NCBI GenBank assembly: GCA_043806315.1
Contig: JAZDHF010000280.1
Coordinates: forward strand, 2,972 to 66,971
Reading direction: 5' to 3'
Length of the DNA stretch: 64,000 nucleotides
Origin: Planctomycetota bacterium
Lineage (GTDB): Bacteria; Planctomycetota; Phycisphaerae; UBA1845
A model generated the notes under the pieces. That model ran no database searches. It was given only the letters and a program-made list of their open reading frames with translations, and was not told where the DNA came from. The translations under genes were made by a program, and so were the position numbers. Positions 7,504 through 16,436 of this stretch are shown here, in pieces. The stretch's first letter is position 1, and the number at the start of each line of letters is the position of its first letter.

Positions 7504-9399
7504 TTACCCGTCACCGTTGACCGTCGACCACGCGGCCGATGTGGCGAAGCGGTGTTGGCGTTCGACCATATCGCGGTAGAGGCCGTCGTTGCCCATCAAC
7601 TCGACGTGGGTTCCGATTTCCACGATTCGTCCTTGATCGAGAACGACAATCATGTCGGCGTGGGTGACGGTGCTGAGGCGATGGGCGATGACGAACGTCG
7701 TGCGGGTGGAAAGTAAGTCGACCAACGACGCCTGGATAAGCTGCTCGCTCTCCGTGTCGAGGTTGCTGGTGGCCTCGTCGAGGATGAGGATTTCCGGGTC
7801 GGCCAGGATCGCGCGGGCGATGCTGATTCGCTGCCGCTGGCCGCCGGAGAGCTTCACGCCCCGTTCGCCGATGAGTGTGTCATAGCCTTCAGGAAGTCGG
7901 TCGATGAACTCGTGGGCGTTGGCCCGGGTGGCCGCGTCGATGATGGCCGACTCCCCGGCGTTGCGTCGACTGTAGGCGATGTTCTCGCGCACCGTGCCGT
8001 CGAAGAGAAACACCTCCTGGGGCACGATCGCCAGGTGTTGCCGGTAGCTGGCCAATCGAAGATCGCGCAGGTCGATCCCGTTAATGAGAATCGCGCCCGC
8101 CGTCGGATCGTGGAAGCGGGCCGCCAAGTCGGTGAGGGTGGTCTTCCCTCCGCCGCTCGGACCCACCAGAGCCACGGTGCTTCCCGCGGGAACGGTCAGT
8201 GACACCTCGTGCAAGACGGGGATATCCTTGCGATACTCAAAGCTCACCGCGTCGAAACGGATTTCGCGGATGGGGTACGGCGCGTCCACGGCGTGGGGCA
8301 CGTCGGGCTTCTCCTCTCGTCTTTCCAGGATGTCGAACACCCGCTCCAGCGCCGCCAACGCCTGTTGCGTCGCGCTGTAGGAGTTGACGATCAGCGAAAC
8401 CGGATGAAGCAACATCAGGGCGTACATCTGGAACGCGATGATGTCGCCGATCGTGCCATGACCTTGGACCACGCGATAGCTTCCGAAGCCGACGATGGCC
8501 AAGGTCGTCGCGGGAATCAGCAGTCCCCACCCCGAATTGACCACAATCTGCAACCGCTCGGCGAGAAGATTTTTTCGGATGATGGTGTGATGGGCGACGG
8601 CGTAATCGCGCTCCTCGCGGCGTTCGCGGCGGAAGGCACGGACCACCCGCAGCCCGCCGAAGGTCTCCGTGACGTGGGCGTCGATCCGCTCGCGCTCCTC
8701 GGCCATCGTGCGATAGATGGGGCGGACGCGCTGAATGTAAAGCAAGTTAATGAGGACAATCGGCGGAATCATCAGCCCGGCGATCAAGGCCATCTGCCAA
8801 CTCAGGAAGATCAACACGCCGACCGTCAGGATGACCCGAATCGAGGCCACGCCGGGAGTTATGACGGCGATTTGCACCATCCCCGTGACCTTGTCCGTGT
8901 CCTGCGAAAGGCGCGACACGATTCCGCCGGACTTCAGGTCCGCCAGCTCGCTGAGCGGGAGTCGCAGAAATCTCTCGAACAGCCGCTGCCGCAAGCGGAA
9001 GATGACCTTGGCGTTCAGGACGGCCATCAGGTACCAGCGGACGGTGTCGATCCCCTGGACGAAAAGCAACAGGGCGAACATCCCGCCGCACACCAGTGCC
9101 AGACGCCGCAGCTTCGCCGCCGAGTCGATCGCCTGGTCGGGTAGGACCTTGTCGATGATGTATTGCGTCGCCAGCGGCAGGACCATTCCCGCACCGACGC
9201 TGAGGAGGGCAAGAACGAGGATGGTCAACAACCTGGAGCGATGGGGCCAGAGCCACTTGCGGTATTGCCGCAGGTAGTGTTTGCGGACGCTGCGGTCGCG
9301 TATCGGCCGATCGGTCCGGGGCGCACCCGGATCGGTCCGACGCGTGGGGTCGGCGCGAAAGGCCCGATAGTGTTGCTTGGACGAAATCAACCTCGACAT
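7504..9399 (-). CDS. ABC exporter, fused permease/ATPase (MsbA-like)
   Basis: 631 aa. N-terminal TM domain, Walker A GPSGGGKTT, signature LSGGQRQRISIARA, Walker B ILILDEATS. Confidence 0.9.
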   Translation of the reverse strand: MSRLISSKQHYRAFRADPTRRTDPGAPRTDRPIRDRSVRKHYLRQYRKWLWPHRSRLLTILVLALLSVGAGMVLPLATQYIIDKVLPDQAIDSAAKLRRLALVCGGMFALLLFVQGIDTVRWYLMAVLNAKVIFRLRQRLFERFLRLPLSELADLKSGGIVSRLSQDTDKVTGMVQIAVITPGVASIRVILTVGVLIFLSWQMALIAGLMIPPIVLINLLYIQRVRPIYRTMAEERERIDAHVTETFGGLRVVRAFRRERREERDYAVAHHTIIRKNLLAERLQIVVNSGWGLLIPATTLAIVGFGSYRVVQGHGTIGDIIAFQMYALMLLHPVSLIVNSYSATQQALAALERVFDILERREEKPDVPHAVDAPYPIREIRFDAVSFEYRKDIPVLHEVSLTVPAGSTVALVGPSGGGKTTLTDLAARFHDPTAGAILINGIDLRDLRLASYRQHLAIVPQEVFLFDGTVRENIAYSRRNAGESAIIDAATRANAHEFIDRLPEGYDTLIGERGVKLSGGQRQRISIARAILADPEILILDEATSNLDTESEQLIQASLVDLLSTRTTFVIAHRLSTVTHADMIVVLDQGRIVEIGTHVELMGNDGLYRDMVERQHRFATSAAWSTVNGDG

Positions 9400-9542
9400 C
9401 TTCCCTCCGACACGCGACCACGACGGACCGCGCAGGAACCGAAGGCGATTATAGCAGGCCGAATCGCGCGTGTGGCACGGCGGCCCGCCGCAGCCTCGTC
9501 CCGCGTGCTTCCCGCTTGGAGTGGCGAAAATTCCTACGGGAT

Positions 9543-9621
9543 GTCATTCTGAGCGCAGCGAAGAATCTCCTTACGTGTCGAGATGCTTCGCTCCGAGATT
9601 CTTCGCTGCGCTCAGAATGAC
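9543..9621. repeat. Palindromic REP-like element (GTCATTCTGAGCGCAGCGAAGAATCTC arms)
   Basis: 27-bp arms at 9543-9569 and 9595-9621 are exact reverse complements. A related element lies at 12966-13030. Confidence 0.75.
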
Positions 9622-10018
9622 GTGAAACGACTACCCCCGCCACCCCTAACGGGATGCACCCCCTCGTCCCCACCGCAGACGGCGGGGTCGCATCGGCGCT
9701 TGTCATTTCGATCTCGGCGTGATATACTTGTGATGGAAATAAGGGTATTCGACGTCCGCGACCGGGGCGGCGTCAACTCCTCCCGTAATGGGAAGAGGGG
9801 AACCAACAACGTGCGTCATCCCGGGCGCCGCGGCGGGCGGATTCGGCGGGTTGAGTCGCCGTGACGGCCAAGCGGCCGTCGGTCCGCGAGGCTGCGGTCG
9901 TCGTGGCCCACGTTGGTGCAGAGCGCAGCAGATCGGAGTTCTAGGGTCCGTCTGATCATGCGCTCTGCTGCTTTGCGCCGCCCGCATCGGGCCGGCGAAC
10001 GCACCTGGACGGTGAACC

Positions 10019-10216
10019 GTGCCCTGCCCCGAACTGACTGCCGCCTTCTTCAGTTGGGACGATCATCACCTTTTCACCGTGGCCATTGTCGCCGTCATCG
10101 TTTTCCTGGCGACATCCTCGCGCCGCCCCTCGCGTCGATGCACTCGCTGTCGCGAAATCAACCGTGAGCAGGCCGTCTACTGCGCCCAATGCGGCACGCG
10201 GCTGCCCAAACGGTGA
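10019..10216 (+). CDS. Small membrane protein with C-terminal zinc ribbon (putative)
   Basis: 65 aa. One hydrophobic helix, then CTRCREINREQAVYCAQCG. No other support. Confidence 0.3.
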   Translation: MPCPELTAAFFSWDDHHLFTVAIVAVIVFLATSSRRPSRRCTRCREINREQAVYCAQCGTRLPKR

Positions 10217-10296
10217 AACGTTCGGCACCTGGCACGCGTAATGGACGTTATGATCTCCGAACGCCCGACGGGTCTTCGATATCGTGACCCAGGGGA

Positions 10297-10416
10297 GAAG
10301 TTCAAAGTGCGAAGTTCAAAGTTCGAAGACGGGCTCCGCCTCTTGCGCGCCCGGCGAGAGCGTTGCGTCTCTTTGAACTTTGACTTTTGAACTTCGAACT
10401 TTGAACTTCGAACTTC
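10297..10416. repeat. Heptamer-armed hairpin element (GAAGTTC/CAAAGTT repeats), 3' of the pilin operon
   Basis: Left arm 10297-10328 and right arm 10371-10416 are imperfect reverse complements built of 7-nt repeats. Starts 4 nt after the stop at 10420. Confidence 0.8.
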
Positions 10417-10419
10417 CCT

Positions 10420-11991
10420 CTACGACGGCGAAATGCTCAACGTCGCGACCTCGATGTTGACGACGGGCGACGGACCGTCGAAGGTCGGCGTCTGCTCGCC
10501 GCCGGGTTGTGAACGGTCCACCGCCGGCGGGAAGACCCACACCGTCCGCAACAGCTCTTCGGGATCGGGGTCTTTGGTCCAATCGGTCTTCGTGCAGCTT
10601 TCGCAGCGCGAATCGCCGGCGGGGATCTCGATGTCTTCCTGGAGGATCTCGCGGTCGAGCGTCAGGATCGCTGACTCGTTGCCGTTCTGGTCGAGGAGGA
10701 TCCGGCGCTTGGCGACGCGGTAGACGTGCCCTTCGATCTCATCCACGAATGTCGTGCCGGACGGGAACATCGAGGCCAAACCGCCTGCCAGACTGCCTGT
10801 TACACCGTCAGGAGGAACGTGGATTTCCGTGGGCACGCCGGTCGGGACCTTCGCTGAGTCTGGGGGAGCGCTGCGATACGCGAGCGACCTGGGAAGCTGA
10901 ACCTGCACACGCCACCCGACGGGGAACATCACGTCGTTTTTCGACTCCATGGCCGCCGGCTCGACGGCCTGGACCGGGCGAACGAACGAGAACGGATTGG
11001 GGATTCGCGCCGGAGTGGGGTCCTGCCGCGCGTAGCGGTTGGTCGACTTGGAGCGCCGCAACGTGACATAGTACATGTCGAAGGTGCGCGTGCTCCCCAT
11101 CGCCGCCGCGGCCTCACGGACCAGTCTATCGGATTCCCCCGGCAGCACCGACGGGTCGAACGCAAGCGGCGCCGGACCGACGCGAGTGCGCAGGCGATGC
11201 AGCACCGCCCAACAAAATCGCCGCGTGGCCAGTTTCTCGTTCCATTGGTCCAGTTCCTGACCGGGCACCGCAGGGGGCGCGGCGATGGGCGGGTAAAGCC
11301 GCTCCCAGACCCGGACTTGCGGAGTGTAGAAAAGTCGATCGGGGAACGCCTCGCCCCGGTTGCGCTGGTTGACGGGATGCGGATAGTCGGTCTTCAAGAA
11401 CCGGCCTTGGACGATCTGCGTCACGGGAGGCGTCGGGAAACTCCCACCGGGGTCCTCCAAGTCCCACGGATTCTCGGGGACGGTGGCGACGACCTGGACC
11501 GTGCTGAGGAAGAGAATGTTCTCGACGTTCAGAGCGTGAACCGACGTGTCGGAGTAGGCGAGGATGGCCTTGTACCAATCGAGCCGTGGCGATGCCGGTC
11601 CCACTAACGTCGGATCGAAAAACATGTCGCCGGCCAGACTCCCCGTCGTCAATTGCGACTCCTCGAAGCACGGCGTCGGTGGAGGAGGGCAGACTTTCAC
11701 GAGACTATGTCCAGCCGGGCGAAGCAAGGCCGATAGCGTCGCATGGGCGCCGGAGGAGGCCGCTTGTTCGACGGTGTAGTCGCTGAGCGTTCGCGCCCGG
11801 TCCCAGGCGACGGGGAAAATCGTCGCCACCATCACCAATCCCAAACCGAGAATGACAATGGCGATCATCATCTCTACAAGGGAGAAGGCGCTGCGCGAAG
11901 CGAGAAGTGAGAAGTGAGAAGTGAGAAAGGGGATGAACCGACCTTCCTTCAGTCTTCTCACTTCTAACTTCAGTCTCCGTTTCTCGCTCAT
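10420..11991 (-). CDS. Large pseudopilin (prepilin-type N-terminal cleavage/methylation domain)
   Basis: 523 aa. SRSA|FSLVEMMIAIVILGLGLV class III signal after a 35-aa leader. Start overlaps the upstream stop (ATGA). Confidence 0.75.
   Translation of the reverse strand: MSEKRRLKLEVRRLKEGRFIPFLTSHFSLLASRSAFSLVEMMIAIVILGLGLVMVATIFPVAWDRARTLSDYTVEQAASSGAHATLSALLRPAGHSLVKVCPPPPTPCFEESQLTTGSLAGDMFFDPTLVGPASPRLDWYKAILAYSDTSVHALNVENILFLSTVQVVATVPENPWDLEDPGGSFPTPPVTQIVQGRFLKTDYPHPVNQRNRGEAFPDRLFYTPQVRVWERLYPPIAAPPAVPGQELDQWNEKLATRRFCWAVLHRLRTRVGPAPLAFDPSVLPGESDRLVREAAAAMGSTRTFDMYYVTLRRSKSTNRYARQDPTPARIPNPFSFVRPVQAVEPAAMESKNDVMFPVGWRVQVQLPRSLAYRSAPPDSAKVPTGVPTEIHVPPDGVTGSLAGGLASMFPSGTTFVDEIEGHVYRVAKRRILLDQNGNESAILTLDREILQEDIEIPAGDSRCESCTKTDWTKDPDPEELLRTVWVFPPAVDRSQPGGEQTPTFDGPSPVVNIEVATLSISPS
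11900..11987. repeat. Heptamer-armed hairpin element (GAGAAGT variant) inside a prepilin leader
   Basis: Arms at 11900-11930 and 11942-11987, imperfect. Translated as EKRRLKLEVRRLKEG...LTSHFSLLAS. Confidence 0.6.
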
Positions 11992-13082
11992 GGCGCTTTC
12001 GCGACCGCCTCACCGACCGGACCGCGGACGACGGCCCCGGTCAAACGATGGACGTAAAACGGCTGGGCCGCGTCCAGAAGGAACTGCCGCTTCTGCTCCG
12101 CCGTCCCCGCGTTGCTGAACAAGGATTCGTCGTACACCAACAGTCCGTCAACCGAGGGGAAATTGATGGCCACATCCCTGTTCCCCGCGTCGGTCACCAG
12201 AGAGTCAATCTTCTGCACGCCTTTGGGGTCAATGTTCAAGGTCACATTCGCTTGGTCATAGTATTTGGACACCTGCGCAGGTGGTGCACCGGGACCGCCG
12301 ACGGTCAACCCGGTCACGTCGCCACCGGGGCTTTTGTCCGGATCGGCGTCGAGGTCGCGGATCAACACGTCGCGCCGCACGCGCAACTGCCCACTGCTCG
12401 AGTAAATCATGGAAAAGAAGTTCCGATGCCGCTGGGCTTGATCGCGGTCCGGGGGGAGGGAAATCGTGAAGTCGTTGTTCTCCAACTCCTGCGGGCTGAA
12501 CGTCGCCGCTCTCACTTTGGCTGGATCGACACCGGTCCATTTCCGGTCGTTGGGATCCTCAACAACGTACCTCGGCACGACGCGCATAGGGACGGGCAGG
12601 GCGTAACTTCGTTCCGTCGTGACGTTGAAGACGTTGGCCCAGGCCTCGCGGGTGGCGGGATCGGCGGCCTTTTTCGCGTCCTGGATAATCGATACGATCC
12701 GTTGCACCCCGGCCTCATCGACGTAGAAAAACAGACCGCTGTCGCCGAAGTCGTTCTGCATGGCCCGGGCCCGGGTGGTCATCAACATGCCGCTGATAGT
12801 GTCCTGGGCCTCGGCGATGCGACGCTCCTTCCACATCGTGCTCGCGGCCGGGAGCACGATCCCCACGATCAGCAGGATGACGGCCACCACGATCACCATT
12901 TCGACCAACGTGAACGCAGAAGTTCGAAGTGCGAAGTTCGAAGTGCAAGAGAATGGGCGGCGGTTGTCACCCTGAGCGAAGCGAAGGGTCCAGCTCCAGA
13001 ACGAAGATGCTTCGCTTCGCTCAGCATGACGCTCGCCCGCCGCGCCTTTCTTGAACTTTGAACTTTGAACTTTGAACTTCAT
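11988..13082 (-). CDS. Pseudopilin with a 62-aa leader
   Basis: 364 aa. RTSA|FTLVEMVIVVAVILL. The only in-frame start upstream of the FTLVE motif is the ATG at 13082. Confidence 0.7.
   Translation of the reverse strand: MKFKVQSSKFKKGAAGERHAERSEASSFWSWTLRFAQGDNRRPFSCTSNFALRTSAFTLVEMVIVVAVILLIVGIVLPAASTMWKERRIAEAQDTISGMLMTTRARAMQNDFGDSGLFFYVDEAGVQRIVSIIQDAKKAADPATREAWANVFNVTTERSYALPVPMRVVPRYVVEDPNDRKWTGVDPAKVRAATFSPQELENNDFTISLPPDRDQAQRHRNFFSMIYSSSGQLRVRRDVLIRDLDADPDKSPGGDVTGLTVGGPGAPPAQVSKYYDQANVTLNIDPKGVQKIDSLVTDAGNRDVAINFPSVDGLLVYDESLFSNAGTAEQKRQFLLDAAQPFYVHRLTGAVVRGPVGEAVAKAP
12919..13080. repeat. Nested palindromic elements (outer heptamer arms, inner REP-like palindrome)
   Basis: Outer arms at 12919-12949 and 13050-13080. 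Inner arms at 12966-12986 and 13010-13030 (GTCACCCTGAGCGAAGCGAAG / CTTCGCTTCGCTCAGCATGAC). Confidence 0.8.
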
Positions 13083-14122
13083 TGCGGCTTGATTCCCTTG
13101 GCCAGTTTCTCCTTCAACGCCGGGTTGGAATAGACGTTGTCGTCGTTGTACGGTTCATTGATGATGTGGTCGTGGGCCGCGCCGCCGGAGAAGTCGTAAA
13201 CGAGCGACACCAACCCCGTCGCTCCCATCGCGTCCTTGGTGAGCTGGTCCTTTCCGTTGGGTCCGTAGGAGAAGATGACCGGCTGCCCGCCGTTGAGCCG
13301 GATGATCTCCGTCGAGGAGCGGTTCCATGTGTCGTGATTCCTCGAGGGGATCGGCATGAAACTGGGATTCACGGACGGGTCCTGCCAATCGCGCTCAGAG
13401 AAATAGCTAATCGGGTTGCCCCAGTCGTCGATGATTAACCGAATCTGGTGGTCGTTCGGATCCCAGGCTCCGGTTGCTCCTCCCGTACGGTCCAGGAACA
13501 GCGCCGGAGTGCCGTCGGCTTGCAGAGCGCCGACGGTGCGATTGCGGTCGGGGATGCGGTCAAGGATGGCGGAGCCCGACTCGCTCAAGGTCTCGATCGC
13601 CAGGATCATGGCCGCTTGGTCGCGGTTCTCCAGGGCATTCGCCGCTTGGTCCCCGTCTTTGTAGAAGCGCATGGCACCCCAGGAAGGCGTAGGCGCCGGC
13701 ACGATGACCGCGCCGCCAGCGGCGAGTGTTCGTACCGCTGGCGGCGGTCCGCTGCCCGGCAGCCCCGCGAGCGTGAACACCTCTAACTCATCCGGCGGGT
13801 AAGCCCCGTAACGGTCGGAATAATTCACGGTCAGGGGTGGAGGGACTAGTTTGGGTTGCCGGGCCCGGGTGATCGTGGGCTTGGCGGTTTGCTCGCGTTT
13901 GAATTCCTCGACCGCGTCCGCGACGATCTGCAGGACCGACTGCGTGTTGTTGCTGCGGCCCTTGTTGATGAAGCCGGAACTGGCCACCAGGATGGCGCTG
14001 ACCAGGATGCCGATGACGACGATGACGATGAGGAGCTCGACGAGGGTAAGCGCCCGCTGCGAGAACGAGGTTCGAAGTTCAAAGTTCAAAGTTCGAAAAC
14101 GAATACCCCATCTGCGCTGCAT
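13079..14122 (-). CDS. Pseudopilin (prepilin-type N-terminal domain)
   Basis: 347 aa. SQRA|LTLVELLIVIVVIGIL. Confidence 0.75.
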   Translation of the reverse strand: MQRRWGIRFRTLNFELRTSFSQRALTLVELLIVIVVIGILVSAILVASSGFINKGRSNNTQSVLQIVADAVEEFKREQTAKPTITRARQPKLVPPPLTVNYSDRYGAYPPDELEVFTLAGLPGSGPPPAVRTLAAGGAVIVPAPTPSWGAMRFYKDGDQAANALENRDQAAMILAIETLSESGSAILDRIPDRNRTVGALQADGTPALFLDRTGGATGAWDPNDHQIRLIIDDWGNPISYFSERDWQDPSVNPSFMPIPSRNHDTWNRSSTEIIRLNGGQPVIFSYGPNGKDQLTKDAMGATGLVSLVYDFSGGAAHDHIINEPYNDDNVYSNPALKEKLAKGIKPQ

Positions 14123-14156
14123 TGTCCTGACCTTTTGAACTTCGACCTTTGAACTT
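14067..14156. repeat. Heptamer-armed hairpin spanning the start codon of the 13079..14122 gene
   Basis: Arms at 14067-14099 (coding) and 14131-14156 (5' UTR), about 21/25 paired. The ATG (14120-14122) lies in the loop. Confidence 0.75.
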
Positions 14157-14164
14157 TAGGCTTT

Positions 14165-15301
14165 TCAGTCCGTCTTTCGCGTCCAGTTGAGTACGTCGTC
14201 GTCGGTGCCGTAACGGGCGTCGGGACCGGCGCTGATCAACAGATAGGCGTCCTTTTGCACCGGCGTGGGGCGGGCCTTCACCGAACCGTCGAGGATGAAG
14301 CGTGCGAAGGTGTGCTTGTAATCGTCCCCCTGAGAGGCGACGTCTACGACCTTCACCGAGGGGTCCGGCGATTTGGCGCCATGAATCCAATGCTGTTGCC
14401 CATGTTCATCGGTGCTGGCGCCGAAATCGAGACCCTTGACCTCACCCAACAGGCCTTCCGCGCTGCCCGTGATAATCGCGTTGTCCTCTTGCCAGTAGAT
14501 GCCCGGCTTGCCCGAGGCGCCCGTCATCCGCAGGGCGGTTGGGTTGGCCTTGTAATACAGGATCGGATGGTCCCAGGGGTCGGTGAAGACGCGCTGGCCG
14601 CTGGCGATCTTGGGCGAACCACCCTCCAGCGCAGCCAAGTTGAGGATCGTCCCTTTGTCGGCCAGTTCTTGCAAAGTCTTGGCGCTCTCCTTCATCTTCT
14701 CGTCGACGTACCCGGCCCCGCCGTAACGCGGGAACTTCTCCTTGCCCGTAGCGGGGTCAACGGCGTAGATGCCCGATTTCCCAGTCGCCGCGTCGTATTT
14801 CTTGTGCGTGTCGTGCGACCAAAGTCCTTTGGCCTCGGGGGTCACGTCGCGGAACCCCGGCGTACCCAAGCCGTCCGCTCCGATCATCGCGTGAACGAGC
14901 AGATGTGCGCCGGCGATTCGGACCTTCGTGTTTGGATCTTCGCCCTGCGGATCGGCGATCGTCTGGCGGTCGGTTGGAGGATCCGTGTCATCCCCGGCGG
15001 ACGGCGGCAGGGTCCCGCCCAAGGCCGCCTCGGCGCGAAAGGCGTTGATGCCGGTGTCCAGAGCCTTGAACTGGGCGCTGGCCTGAGCGAGTTTCGCCTG
15101 ACCCCTCACCGCCGAAAACGCGGGCAACAGCGCCGCGAGCAGCAGAGCGATGATCGCGACCACCACCATCATCTCCACTAAAGTGAACGCGCGAACCGGA
15201 AGTTCGAAGTTAGAAGTTCGAAGTTCGAAGACCGAAGGGCGTCGCCTCCGAGCCCGGTCGTGTATCTTTGAACTTTGAACTTTGAACTTTGAACTTTTCA
15301 T
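14165..15301 (-). CDS. GspG-like pseudopilin with large central insert
   Basis: PVRA|FTLVEMMVVVAIIALLL. C-terminal LLISAGPDARYGTDDDVLNW resembles the GspG C-terminus. ATG at 15301 chosen, 5 nt after the upstream stop. Confidence 0.75.
   Translation of the reverse strand: MKSSKFKVQSSKIHDRARRRRPSVFELRTSNFELPVRAFTLVEMMVVVAIIALLLAALLPAFSAVRGQAKLAQASAQFKALDTGINAFRAEAALGGTLPPSAGDDTDPPTDRQTIADPQGEDPNTKVRIAGAHLLVHAMIGADGLGTPGFRDVTPEAKGLWSHDTHKKYDAATGKSGIYAVDPATGKEKFPRYGGAGYVDEKMKESAKTLQELADKGTILNLAALEGGSPKIASGQRVFTDPWDHPILYYKANPTALRMTGASGKPGIYWQEDNAIITGSAEGLLGEVKGLDFGASTDEHGQQHWIHGAKSPDPSVKVVDVASQGDDYKHTFARFILDGSVKARPTPVQKDAYLLISAGPDARYGTDDDVLNWTRKTD
15198..15298. repeat. Heptamer-armed hairpin element inside a prepilin leader
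   Basis: Arms at 15198-15230 (GAAGTTC repeats) and 15266-15298 (CTTTGAA repeats). Translated as KSSKFKVQSSK...VFELRTSNFEL. Confidence 0.8.
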
Positions 15302-15305
15302 CTGA

Positions 15306-16436
15306 TTACTCCGTCCACGGCGGAAGGTTGGAGACATCGTCACTCGTACCGTAGCGCCCGTCGACGCCGGCGCTGATCAGCAGATACCCGTCCGCGTTCA
15401 CCGCCCGGAGCGGCATGGTCGGCTTGGCGTCGGTCGGGTGGGCCGCGTAGGCGCTGTAGATCTTGCGGTCGATGATATATCGAGCGAAGTTTTCGCGATG
15501 CTCGATGAGCTCCTGCTTTTCCGCAGTCACCATGTCCACCGCCGTTTCCTTCGCCCCGGACAGCGCGATGGTATGTTTGGCTCCCGTGTTGCCGAAATCC
15601 CAGCCACGCTCCGTATCCGCGTTCCCTTTCCCGGTGAAGGGGATGTTGTCCTGATGGAAGTACATCGGGGGGCCCTTCTCCTGGTCCCCACCGTCGTAGT
15701 TGTTGTCCACCTTTCGGACGTCCTCGACCATGTTCGATTCCCGGCCGTGGGCGTTGGCCGCGTAATAGAGGATCGGTTGATCGAACGCATCGACGACGAC
15801 CGGAAGGTTCTGCACGCCTTGGGGGTCGTTGTCGTCTGAGGTCCAGCCCGTACCAAACAGTGCTCGATTCGGCCGCCCGGGCAAGTCCTTCGTCTTTTTC
15901 ACCGCCAGCCCGTTCGTATCCGCGTACGGTCCGCCGCGAGGCTGCAACACCTGCCCCGGCCCGAGCGGATCCGGCGTATACCACTTCCACGGCAGCTTCT
16001 GCAGGTCGTCCTTGTTCGGTACAATACTGCGTTTGATGTACCCCAACTGATCGACCCCCATCAGCATCGCCGGCAACCAGTGCGCGCCGGTGACGACCGG
16101 CTTCTTCTCCAGGAATGGAAACTCCCCTAGGAGCGACTGAAAGACTGGTGGATTGCCAATCGGCGGATGGGCGAACGAAGGCGGATAGCCGTTGGTCCGC
16201 GGGAAGTCCGGCCCGTTGTCGTTCTTGAACATTTCCAGCCCGACCTTGATGGAGTCGAGGGCCTTCTTGGTCGTCATCTTTTTCGCTGCGTTGCGCGCGG
16301 CGCTCAATGACGGGACCAGAATCCCAATGAGCAGGGTGATGATGAAGATCACGGTCAGCAACTCCACGAGCGAGAAGCCTCGCCGCCGCGAATGCGGAAT
16401 GGTGAATTCGGAATGTCGAAATTCAAAATTGAGCAT
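15306..16436 (-). CDS. GspG-like pseudopilin with large central insert
   Basis: RRRG|FSLVELLTVIFIITLLIGILVP (canonical Gly at -1). C-terminal LLISAGVDGRYGTSDDVSN. Confidence 0.8.
   Translation of the reverse strand: MLNFEFRHSEFTIPHSRRRGFSLVELLTVIFIITLLIGILVPSLSAARNAAKKMTTKKALDSIKVGLEMFKNDNGPDFPRTNGYPPSFAHPPIGNPPVFQSLLGEFPFLEKKPVVTGAHWLPAMLMGVDQLGYIKRSIVPNKDDLQKLPWKWYTPDPLGPGQVLQPRGGPYADTNGLAVKKTKDLPGRPNRALFGTGWTSDDNDPQGVQNLPVVVDAFDQPILYYAANAHGRESNMVEDVRKVDNNYDGGDQEKGPPMYFHQDNIPFTGKGNADTERGWDFGNTGAKHTIALSGAKETAVDMVTAEKQELIEHRENFARYIIDRKIYSAYAAHPTDAKPTMPLRAVNADGYLLISAGVDGRYGTSDDVSNLPPWTE

Noticed and set aside
7185-7520. ORFs starting MLIMRRQAGGIKDPELIEP at 7185 and 51034
   Set aside because: The identical N-termini simply reflect the two MITE copies. 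The reading frames diverge as soon as they leave the element, so they are not genes.
8209-9144. 311-aa plus-strand ORF and other ORFs overlapping the ABC exporter
   Set aside because: The opposite strand encodes a complete ABC permease/ATPase with all signature motifs.
12048-15181. Long plus-strand ORFs (12048..13061, 14255..15181) across the pilin genes
   Set aside because: They are antisense to genes with clear prepilin signals and have no motifs of their own.
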